Virus record (IMG/VR): IMGVR_UViG_3300012971_000047
Span: 1 to 35,129 of that record
DNA from: a virus
Taxonomy: Duplodnaviria > Caudoviricetes
Direction: 5' to 3' (one strand)
DNA length: 35,129 nt
This document shows positions 9,522 to 16,890 of this stretch, in pieces (the stretch's first letter is position 1; every line of letters begins with the position of its first letter). Position numbers and translations under genes: made by a program. Below the pieces are notes generated by a model. It worked only from the letters and a program-made list of their open reading frames with translations. It was not told the DNA's origin and did no database searches.

Positions 9522-9572
9522 CGAGTCACGCCCACAACTGAAAGGAACGCGTGACTCGCGGGAGTCACGCAA
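9522..9572 (+). promoter_or_regulatory. Capsid translation-initiation region with mutually exclusive hairpins
   Basis: cgagtcacgc (9522-31) and gagtcacgc (9562-70) are both complementary to gcgtgactc(g) (9549-58); SD-like AAAGGA at 9541-46 and GGAG at 9561-64. Confidence 0.65.
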
Positions 9573-10544
9573 ATGGCCGGGCAAGTCTGGGCAGTCAACT
9601 CACTCGGTGGCTTCTTCTACAGCCGCCAGCTTTCGAACGTGCTGCGCATGAATGTGCAGCCGTTGACGAAGTTCCGTCAGTTCGCTGACGTTCACGATGT
9701 CTCGCAGCAGGGTCGCAAGAAGGGCGACATCTTCACGTGGGACGTGGTGTCGGATGTCGCGACGGCCGGCACGGTGCTCGTGGAAACGAACACGATGCCT
9801 GAGACGAATTTTGTCATTACGCAAGGGACCTTGACGATCACGGAGGCCGGTAACTCGGTTCCGTACTCCGGCAAGCTGGACAACCTGTCCAAGTTCCCTG
9901 TCGAAGACATCATCAAGAAGGCGCTGAAGAACGACACCGTCAAGGCGATCGATCGCCTGGCGTGGGCGCAGTTCAATCAGACGCTGCTTCGGGTGATCCC
10001 GACCGGCGGCACGGGCACGGCGGCGGTCACGTTGTTCACGAATGGAACGGTCACGGGAACGAACTCCATCGCGTACAACAACAGCCACGCGAAGTCGATC
10101 ACGGACCTGATGAAGGAGCGGAACATTCCGGCCTACATCGCGGACGACTACTACTCGCTGGCGTGGCCGACGACGCTGCGGACGTTCAAGAACTCGCTGG
10201 AGACGATCCACCAGTACTCGGACACGGGCTTCAATCTCATCATGAACGGTGAGATCGGCCGCTACGAGAATTGCCGGTACATTGAACAGACCAACATCGC
10301 CAAGGGCACCGGCTCTGACGGCGTGACGGTGACGCCATGGGTGAACGGTCTCTCGGACTGGATCTTCTTCTTCGGCAACGACACGGTCGCTGAGGCTGTG
10401 GCAGTGCCAGAGGAGATCCGCGGAAAGATCCCGACCGACTTCGGACGGTCGAAGGGTATCGCCTGGTACTACTTGGGCGGCTTCGGAATCGTTCACACGA
10501 ACGTCACGAACGTCCGCATCGTGAAGTGGGATAGCCAGGCGTAG
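9573..10544 (+). CDS. Major capsid protein (HK97 fold, N4-gp56-like)
   Basis: 323 aa after the scaffold; KFRQFADV, GEIGRYENCRYIE and TDFGRSKGIAWYYLGGFG motifs; strongly biased codon use. Confidence 0.9.
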   Translation: MAGQVWAVNSLGGFFYSRQLSNVLRMNVQPLTKFRQFADVHDVSQQGRKKGDIFTWDVVSDVATAGTVLVETNTMPETNFVITQGTLTITEAGNSVPYSGKLDNLSKFPVEDIIKKALKNDTVKAIDRLAWAQFNQTLLRVIPTGGTGTAAVTLFTNGTVTGTNSIAYNNSHAKSITDLMKERNIPAYIADDYYSLAWPTTLRTFKNSLETIHQYSDTGFNLIMNGEIGRYENCRYIEQTNIAKGTGSDGVTVTPWVNGLSDWIFFFGNDTVAEAVAVPEEIRGKIPTDFGRSKGIAWYYLGGFGIVHTNVTNVRIVKWDSQA

Positions 10545-10549
10545 GGCTA

Positions 10550-10690
10550 CGGGTACCGTTCAACGCCGGGGGTTCGCCCCCGGCCGCGAGCGCTGATTGA
10601 AATTGCCCGCTCGGGAGGGTCCGCCCCCTGCGAGCTGGAGCCACTTAAGGCTCGGGGCCAATAACGCTCGGGGGACGGGCAAAGGATGAG
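10550..10690 (+). other. Structured intergenic RNA candidate downstream of capsid gene
   Basis: Stems gccggggg-ttcg-cccccggc (10565-84), gctcg/cgagc (10609-35), gagcc/ggctc (10638-53), ttgcccg/cgggcaa (10603-09/10676-82); no U-tract. Confidence 0.45.
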
Positions 10691-10698
10691 GTTCGATC

Positions 10699-11214
10699 AT
10701 GTCTGTCAAGAGCATGGCGTATGACAACGCTGCGTACATCGCGCGTGGGTCATTCAGCACAATCATGACGGCCGGTTCGGGTGGTGTGTCGGCGAAGTTT
10801 GTCGCGTTCGCCAACATGCTGCTGACTGGCCTCACCACGTTCACGACCATCGTGGGCACGTCCACCTACACGACCGGCCTCACAGGCGGCCCCACGGGTG
10901 TCGGCACGGCGGTTGCGGCGACGCAGCTTAGCGTTATCCGCATCACGAACACGGCTGCCCCCGGAGCCTCTGTGGCGCTGGCGACCTCGACCATCGGCCC
11001 GTTCACGGTCGCTGGCTCGTTCCTTGGAACGGGTGGCACGGCGACCAATCAGGTCGGTGGATCCAATCAGTTTGCAATCAACACGGCCGCACTGGGTGGC
11101 TTGCTGGTCAATCAGGGCGATCAGATCTACATCGTCAATGGCACGGACGGCCAGGCGGTGGAGCTGGTCACCATGGATTACCAGATCCAGCCGGGTGCGT
11201 CGGTGGTTGCGTAA
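10699..11214 (+). CDS. Putative capsid decoration / minor structural protein
   Basis: G/T/A-rich beta-type protein directly after the capsid gene; GAGG upstream. Confidence 0.6.
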   Translation: MSVKSMAYDNAAYIARGSFSTIMTAGSGGVSAKFVAFANMLLTGLTTFTTIVGTSTYTTGLTGGPTGVGTAVAATQLSVIRITNTAAPGASVALATSTIGPFTVAGSFLGTGGTATNQVGGSNQFAINTAALGGLLVNQGDQIYIVNGTDGQAVELVTMDYQIQPGASVVA

Positions 11215-11225
11215 GGAGAAGGTAC

Positions 11226-11612
11226 ATGCCCACACTGAAGAAGAAGGGTGTCTATGAGTCGCCGCAGGCGGCTCCGGATGAGATGACGACTCCGTACTAC
11301 GGGGGTGATGCCCCGGAGAAGAAGGACGTCGTCAAGTCCGCCAACGCCCGCTCGACCAAGCGTCACGAAGTCAAGGGTGACGAACTGGCCGATGAGAACG
11401 TCCTGCCGACTTCGGAAGGTGAGACGCTCGAAGTCGCCGGCATCAAGGACAACGGGTACCTGACCAAGAAGGGCCTGCCCTTTGGAGTCGCTGTGTTCTA
11501 CAACACGCTGCCTCCGGGCATGGACATCGAGGACCAGGAACTCGCGGACATCCGGCAGCAGCCGTACAAGGAGATCACGGATCTCGGCTACCCCGGTGAC
11601 GGCTGGACGTGA
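11226..11612 (+). CDS. Hypothetical acidic phage protein (paralogous motif with 12052..12483)
   Basis: AAGGAG SD; motif LPPGMDIEDQELADIRQQPY. Confidence 0.75.
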   Translation: MPTLKKKGVYESPQAAPDEMTTPYYGGDAPEKKDVVKSANARSTKRHEVKGDELADENVLPTSEGETLEVAGIKDNGYLTKKGLPFGVAVFYNTLPPGMDIEDQELADIRQQPYKEITDLGYPGDGWT

Positions 11613-12055
11613 CTCTCGCGGAGGCTTTCTGGCGGTACGTTGAGAAGACCTCAACATGCTGGAACTGGAAAGCCTCTATAGGGAATCACGGGTATGGCCA
11701 ACTGACCTTTCAGCAGAAGAAGTACACCGCTCATCGTCTCTCCTGGATGCTGCACTTTGGGCATCCAGGAGCACTGTGTGTGCTCCATCGTTGCGACAAC
11801 CGCAGGTGTGTGAATCCAGATCATCTATTCCTCGGGACGAGGAAAGAGAATCTGGAGGACATGACGCAGAAGGGGCGGCGAGTAAAAGGGGAATCACACG
11901 GTATGAAGAGGCTGACTGAGGCGCAGGTGCGGGAGATTCTGGCCTCGCCGGAAACGTCTCACAGCTTGGCGGACCGGTTCAGCGTGAGTGATTCCGCTAT
12001 CTATCTGATTCGTCGGCGCCAGCGGTGGGCCCACCTCGAAGGGGTTTCCCCATGA
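11609..12055 (+). CDS. HNH homing-type endonuclease with C-terminal HTH
   Basis: CWNW...GYG...AHRLSW...VLHRCDNRRCVNPDHLFLGTRKEN...KGESHGMKRLTEAQVREI; GTGA/ATGA overlaps at both ends. Confidence 0.92.
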   Translation: MTLAEAFWRYVEKTSTCWNWKASIGNHGYGQLTFQQKKYTAHRLSWMLHFGHPGALCVLHRCDNRRCVNPDHLFLGTRKENLEDMTQKGRRVKGESHGMKRLTEAQVREILASPETSHSLADRFSVSDSAIYLIRRRQRWAHLEGVSP

Positions 12056-12483
12056 GCAGAATTGTACAAGAGAAGTTCGAATGCAGGTTTCCCATCCCGG
12101 ACGACGACAACGGGAACTCGTGGGTCTCTGACAAGGAAGCAAGAAATAAAAAGAGACTGCCCGGGCGGGAAGGCCGCCCGGGTGGAGACCTGGCGAGCAA
12201 GACGATGGACAACGCGGTGTTTCACCTCGGTCTACCGCCTGGCTCGGACGTCGAGGACCAGGAGGTCACGGACATCCGGAAGCAGCCGTTCTCCATGGGC
12301 GGTGAGACGGACGTCTCGAAGGACTGGAACCCGGAAGCGGTTCACCGCGGGTTCAAGCATCTGGAGTTGCGCCCCACGGACGACATGTACACGCGCGAGC
12401 ACAACGACGCCTTCTACGAGGAGGTGACGGTGGACGGCGTGACAGGGTTCCTGGAGCGCAACAACATGCTCGACCGGCAGTAG
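12052..12483 (+). CDS. Hypothetical phage protein (paralogous motif with 11226..11612)
   Basis: ATGA overlap at 12052; motif LPPGSDVEDQEVTDIRKQPF. Confidence 0.75.
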   Translation: MSRIVQEKFECRFPIPDDDNGNSWVSDKEARNKKRLPGREGRPGGDLASKTMDNAVFHLGLPPGSDVEDQEVTDIRKQPFSMGGETDVSKDWNPEAVHRGFKHLELRPTDDMYTREHNDAFYEEVTVDGVTGFLERNNMLDRQ

Positions 12484-12506
12484 CTCTCCACCACGCAACC
12501 CTGATC

Positions 12507-12529
12507 GGCCCCCGCTTCCGGCGGGGGCC
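12507..12529 (+). terminator. GC-rich hairpin, weak terminator or processing site
   Basis: ggcccccgc-ttccg-gcgggggcc, perfect 9-bp stem; no clear U-tract. Confidence 0.45.
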
Positions 12530-12561
12530 TCACGTTCCCATTGGGAACTGAAAGACCAAAC

Positions 12562-12846
12562 ATGACGACCAAGCCGGATCCCAACAAGCTCGACACCAAG
12601 CGCTCGTACGGAACTGTCTACGGAGATCCGAACATCGGATTCGTGCAGGACAACAAATACTTCAAACCGGATGGCACGCCATATGAGCCCTCCGTTGCGC
12701 CACTGGCAGTGAAGGCGGAGGAGAAACCCGCACCAGAGCCAGAGGTGGCGCCCGACAAGCGCAGAGCAGCCCAGTCGGAGGCGATGAAACGGATTTGGGC
12801 GGAGCGCCGCGAGGCCCTCGCCAAGCAACGGACGCAGGAAGAGTAG
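12562..12846 (+). CDS. Hypothetical phage protein
   Basis: MTTKPDPNKLDTKRSYGTVYGD...; ATG 12562 preferred to TTG 12541; TAG abuts the next ATG. Confidence 0.7.
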   Translation: MTTKPDPNKLDTKRSYGTVYGDPNIGFVQDNKYFKPDGTPYEPSVAPLAVKAEEKPAPEPEVAPDKRRAAQSEAMKRIWAERREALAKQRTQEE

Positions 12847-14424
12847 ATGGTCTGGAAGATCGACGGCCCGCTCGGTAACGAGTCGGGCAAGATCAAATGG
12901 GAAATCGTCAAGTGGACTCGCGGCAAGGGACTGGACATCGGATGCGGTGTCTGCAAGACCTACCCGCACTTCATCGGGGTCGATAACCGCAAAGACACGG
13001 CGCTTTTCGGCCAGCCGATCAACCCGGATGTCACGGTCGACACGGCCGAGAAGCTGGACATCTTCGCCAGCGGTTCAATGGACTTCTGTTTCTCCTCGCA
13101 CCTCCTGGAGCACATCGAGTACGAGGCGGTCCCCGGAGCGCTGAAAGAGTGGATGCGGGTCATCAAGCCCCGCGGCTACCTGGTGCTCTACCTCCCCGAT
13201 GAGGATGAGTACCCGAAGATCGGGGAGCCTGGCGCGAACTGTGATCACAAATGGAACGTGAGCTACGACCGGTTGCTCGATGCCATGCGGGCCTCGGGGA
13301 CAAGCTGGGACCTGGTCGACTTCCAGAAGCGCAAAGAGGACTTCGAATACTCGCTGTTCTTCGTGTTCCAGAAGGTCGGGAGTGGCCAGCACACGAGCTG
13401 GCAGAAGAAGAAGCGGCCGGAGAAGACGTGTGCGGTGGTCCGGTACGGGGCCATGGGGGACTTGATCCAGGCGTCCTCCGTCCTGGCGGGGCTCAAGAAG
13501 CAGGGGTACCACATCACCTTGTTCACGAGCCCCCCGGGCGATGCCATCGTCCGGTTCGATCCGAACATTGATGAGTTCTACCTGCAGGACAAGGACCAGG
13601 TTCCTAATCATCTGCTGGGTGAATTCTGGGCCTACCACCGGCCCAAATACGACAAATGGGTGCAGCTTTCGGAGTCTGTCGAAGGCTCGCTCCTCGCGCT
13701 CCCCGGACGGGCTCTCCACGAGTGGCCGCCGGCCTTGAGGCACAAGTTTCTCGATCGCAATTACCTCGAAGTGCAGCACGAGATCGCCGGCATTCCGTAC
13801 GAGCCGGCCATGCGCTTCTACGCCACCGAAGAGGAGAAGAAGTGGGCTCGGAAAGAACGCTCGCGGATGGGCGAGTTCGTCATTGCGTGGCCCCTGGCGG
13901 GCAGCTCCGTGCACAAGACATGGGGCGGCCTCGACAACACGATCGCGGCCTTGATGATCGACTTCCCCAAGCTGGATGTCGTGCTTCTGGGCGGTGAGGC
14001 GTCCGTACTGCTGGAGCAAGGATGGGAGAAGGAGCCTCGGGTGCATCGTCGTTCCGGGAAGTGGTCGCAGCGGGAGTCGATGGCGTTCATGGACGTGGTG
14101 GACATGGCGATCGGGCCTGAGACAGGGCTGATGAATGCGGCGGCACAGTTGCCGTATCCGAAGGTGATCTTCCTGTCGCACTCCACCGACGAGAACCTGA
14201 CTCGGGATTGGCCGAACACGCACGTGCTCGCCTCGAAACACACGGTTTGCCCTGGTCGAGGAAACAACGAGGCGCCGGCTTGCCACCAGCTTCACTACGG
14301 CTGGCAGCACTGCAAGGCCACGGCGGACAAGCTGGCCCAGTGCCAGGCGGATATCTCGGGCGAAGAAGCTTACCGGGTGATCTGGCACGCCGTCACTTGG
14401 GCTTTGGAAAAGAAGGTTGCATAG
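12847..14424 (+). CDS. Class I SAM methyltransferase fused to GT9-like (heptosyltransferase family) glycosyltransferase
   Basis: N-term GLDIGCG...DFCFSSHLLEH...EWMRVIKPRGYL; C-term VVRYGAMGDLIQASSVLAGLK, HKTW and GPETGLMNAAA, matching GT9 patterns (R..ALGD, K.W, DSGpmHlAAA). Confidence 0.85.
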   Translation: MVWKIDGPLGNESGKIKWEIVKWTRGKGLDIGCGVCKTYPHFIGVDNRKDTALFGQPINPDVTVDTAEKLDIFASGSMDFCFSSHLLEHIEYEAVPGALKEWMRVIKPRGYLVLYLPDEDEYPKIGEPGANCDHKWNVSYDRLLDAMRASGTSWDLVDFQKRKEDFEYSLFFVFQKVGSGQHTSWQKKKRPEKTCAVVRYGAMGDLIQASSVLAGLKKQGYHITLFTSPPGDAIVRFDPNIDEFYLQDKDQVPNHLLGEFWAYHRPKYDKWVQLSESVEGSLLALPGRALHEWPPALRHKFLDRNYLEVQHEIAGIPYEPAMRFYATEEEKKWARKERSRMGEFVIAWPLAGSSVHKTWGGLDNTIAALMIDFPKLDVVLLGGEASVLLEQGWEKEPRVHRRSGKWSQRESMAFMDVVDMAIGPETGLMNAAAQLPYPKVIFLSHSTDENLTRDWPNTHVLASKHTVCPGRGNNEAPACHQLHYGWQHCKATADKLAQCQADISGEEAYRVIWHAVTWALEKKVA

Positions 14425-15456
14425 ATGGCACTGAGTGGGACCTGGTCATTCACGGTCACACGGGACGACATCATCAGGGAGGCCATGCTGAATATCGGAG
14501 CGATCGGAGAGGCGGAGATCCCCACCGCACAAGAAACGACCGATTGCGCACGGAAGCTGAACATGATGGTCAAGCAATGGATGGGGACCATGGACTTCGC
14601 TCCGGGCTTGAAAATGTGGACCCGCCAACGGGGGGATCTTTTTCTCGCGCTTACGAAAGGCCAGTACGCGCTCGGGCCCACCGGGGATAACTGGGCGGCG
14701 GCCGTCACGGGGGCGACGGCACCGGGGCAGACGTACAACCAGACGCAGTTGAGCGCCAACGCGCCCGCGGGCGCCACGACATTGAACGTCATCAGCACGG
14801 CCGCGATGAATGTCAATGACTACGTCGGGATCGTCGTCAATTCGGACATTCAGTGGACGACGATTGCCACGATTACGAGTCCCACGCAGTTCACGATCCC
14901 GGCGCCGGGCTTGGCCGCCTCGACGCCGGCAAACAACTACGTGTGGAACTACACGACCAAGGCGCAGCGGCCCATCGCGATCGTCACGTGCGTGCTGCGG
15001 AACATCCAGGTGAACGACACCCCGATGAACACGCTGACGCTCCAGGACTACGAGATTCTACCGACCAAGACCATGCCGACGTTCATTGCGGATCCGAGCG
15101 CGTACTACTACGAGAGTCAAATCACGGACCCCACGGGACTGTCGGTGATCAATGGCAACGGGCAGTTGTACTTGGACGTGGGTGGCGCGCAGGACGTGAC
15201 GAAGCACCTGCACATCGTCTACCTGCGGCCCGTCATGGACTTCAACAACCCGACTGACAATCCGGAATATCCGCAGCAGTGGTATCGACCGCTGTGCTGG
15301 GGGCTCGCGCGAGAGATCTCCGGCATGTTCGATGCGATCTGGACGCAGGACATGGACGCGAACTATCGCGAGTCCATGGCTATGGCTCACGAGGCGGATG
15401 CCGAGACGACCAGCATCTACTTCCAACCGAATTCGGGCGACCCGTTCAGCCCGTAG
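14425..15456 (+). CDS. Head-tail adaptor/connector with inserted beta domain
   Basis: TRDDIIREAMLNIGAI...LNMMVKQW N-terminus and PEYPQQWYRPLCWGLAREI C-terminus (P22 gp4-like pattern); precedes the gp10-like gene. Confidence 0.75.
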   Translation: MALSGTWSFTVTRDDIIREAMLNIGAIGEAEIPTAQETTDCARKLNMMVKQWMGTMDFAPGLKMWTRQRGDLFLALTKGQYALGPTGDNWAAAVTGATAPGQTYNQTQLSANAPAGATTLNVISTAAMNVNDYVGIVVNSDIQWTTIATITSPTQFTIPAPGLAASTPANNYVWNYTTKAQRPIAIVTCVLRNIQVNDTPMNTLTLQDYEILPTKTMPTFIADPSAYYYESQITDPTGLSVINGNGQLYLDVGGAQDVTKHLHIVYLRPVMDFNNPTDNPEYPQQWYRPLCWGLAREISGMFDAIWTQDMDANYRESMAMAHEADAETTSIYFQPNSGDPFSP

Positions 15457-15462
15457 CCACTC

Positions 15463-16890
15463 ATGAAACTCGTTCAGCTCTTCGGCTACGGGGTGGCCGG
15501 GAAGAGCTATGCCGTTACGCGTCAACGCCGGCTGAACTGCTACTACGAGCAGCGGCAGGACAGCGACAAGACGCAAATGGCGATCTACGGCACGCCAGGA
15601 CTCGTGTTCAAGTTCTCGGTGGCGACGCCTTTCAGTACGCCGATTCGGGGGTTCTTGGGCACGCAGAGTGCGCTCTACCTGATCGCGTACAACCAATTTC
15701 AATCGGTCAACGCTACGGGCGGGGTGCTTGCGAGCGGAACGCTGAACACGACGGCCGGGATTTGCTCGCTGGCGTTCAACTCGAATCAAGTCGTGATCGC
15801 AGACGGGGCCAACGGCTACCTGTTCCTGCCGGCGTCGAACAGCTTCTCGCTTCTCCCGGCCGCCTTCCCGAATGGGGCTCGAACGGTGACGTTCGTGGCG
15901 AGCTTCTTTGTGGCAGAACAGCCCGGGACACAGCAGTTCTTTGTCTCGAACGCCAATGATGGCTCGATCTGGTCCGGGCTCGCGTTCGCCTCGGCCTCCT
16001 CGTACTCGGACAACATCCTGGCTGTCGACAACCTGTCCGGCAACCTGGTGATCTTCTCCCAGCAGCATATGGAGTTCTGGCAGAACATTGGGGCGACGCC
16101 GCAGCCGTTCGCCCCGATCCTGTCTGCTGCCAACGAATTTGGGCTCGCGGCTCTGTTCTCGCGGGGCCACGTCAATCAGTCGATCATCTTCCTGGCCCAG
16201 ACCCGAGAGGGTCAGGTGCAGTTCGTGCAGGTCACCGGCTTCAACGCTGCGGTGGTGAGCACGCCGGACATCGACTCCATCATCAATGGATTCTCGACGA
16301 CGTCGGATTGCGTAGCGCTCACCTACGAGACCGACTACCACAAGATGTACCAGGCAAGTTTTCCCACCGCCAATCGAACGTTTCTCTACGACACGACGAC
16401 GGGACTGTGGTCAGAGGCGCAGACCGGGGCCTCCGTGGCGCCCACGCGGCACATCGGGAATCTGTCTGCGTACTTCGCCGGCCAAGCGATCATTTCGGAC
16501 TATCAGACGAATCAGGTCTACACGCTGTCGCCGACTGCGTACACGGACAACGGCGCGACGATCGCTCGCGAAGTGATTACCCGACACATCCTGTCGGACT
16601 TCAATCGGGTGCGGATCTCTCAGGTCTACCTGGATATGGAGACCGGCGTGGGGCTCGCGAGCGGCCAGGGCTCGGATCCTCAGATCATGCTCCAGTACAG
16701 CAAGGACAACGGCCGCACCTGGAGCGGTGAGCGCTGGGTATCGATCGGAATGATGGGCAAGTACTTGACGCGGGTGCTGTGGAGGCGGTTCGGGTCCACT
16801 CGCGATGCCACTTTCAAATTTCGGATGACTGATCCGGTGAAGTTCGTGATCACCAACGGTGCATTGAAAATAGCGGAGCGGCCGACGTGA
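15463..16890 (+). CDS. Tail hub / packaged-DNA stabilisation protein (P22 gp10-like)
   Basis: 475 aa; [17 protein letters not shown]...W, DMETGVG...[16 protein letters not shown] and WRRFG...FKFRMTDPV motifs. Confidence 0.88.
   Translation: MKLVQLFGYGVAGKSYAVTRQRRLNCYYEQRQDSDKTQMAIYGTPGLVFKFSVATPFSTPIRGFLGTQSALYLIAYNQFQSVNATGGVLASGTLNTTAGICSLAFNSNQVVIADGANGYLFLPASNSFSLLPAAFPNGARTVTFVASFFVAEQPGTQQFFVSNANDGSIWSGLAFASASSYSDNILAVDNLSGNLVIFSQQHMEFWQNIGATPQPFAPILSAANEFGLAALFSRGHVNQSIIFLAQTREGQVQFVQVTGFNAAVVSTPDIDSIINGFSTTSDCVALTYETDYHKMYQASFPTANRTFLYDTTTGLWSEAQTGASVAPTRHIGNLSAYFAGQAIISDYQTNQVYTLSPTAYTDNGATIAREVITRHILSDFNRVRISQVYLDMETGVGLASGQGSDPQIMLQYSKDNGRTWSGERWVSIGMMGKYLTRVLWRRFGSTRDATFKFRMTDPVKFVITNGALKIAERPT

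Noticed and set aside
11609-12055. Group I intron carrying the HNH gene
   Set aside because: The HNH overlaps both neighbours by 4 bp, leaving no room for intron core elements, and the flanking genes look complete.
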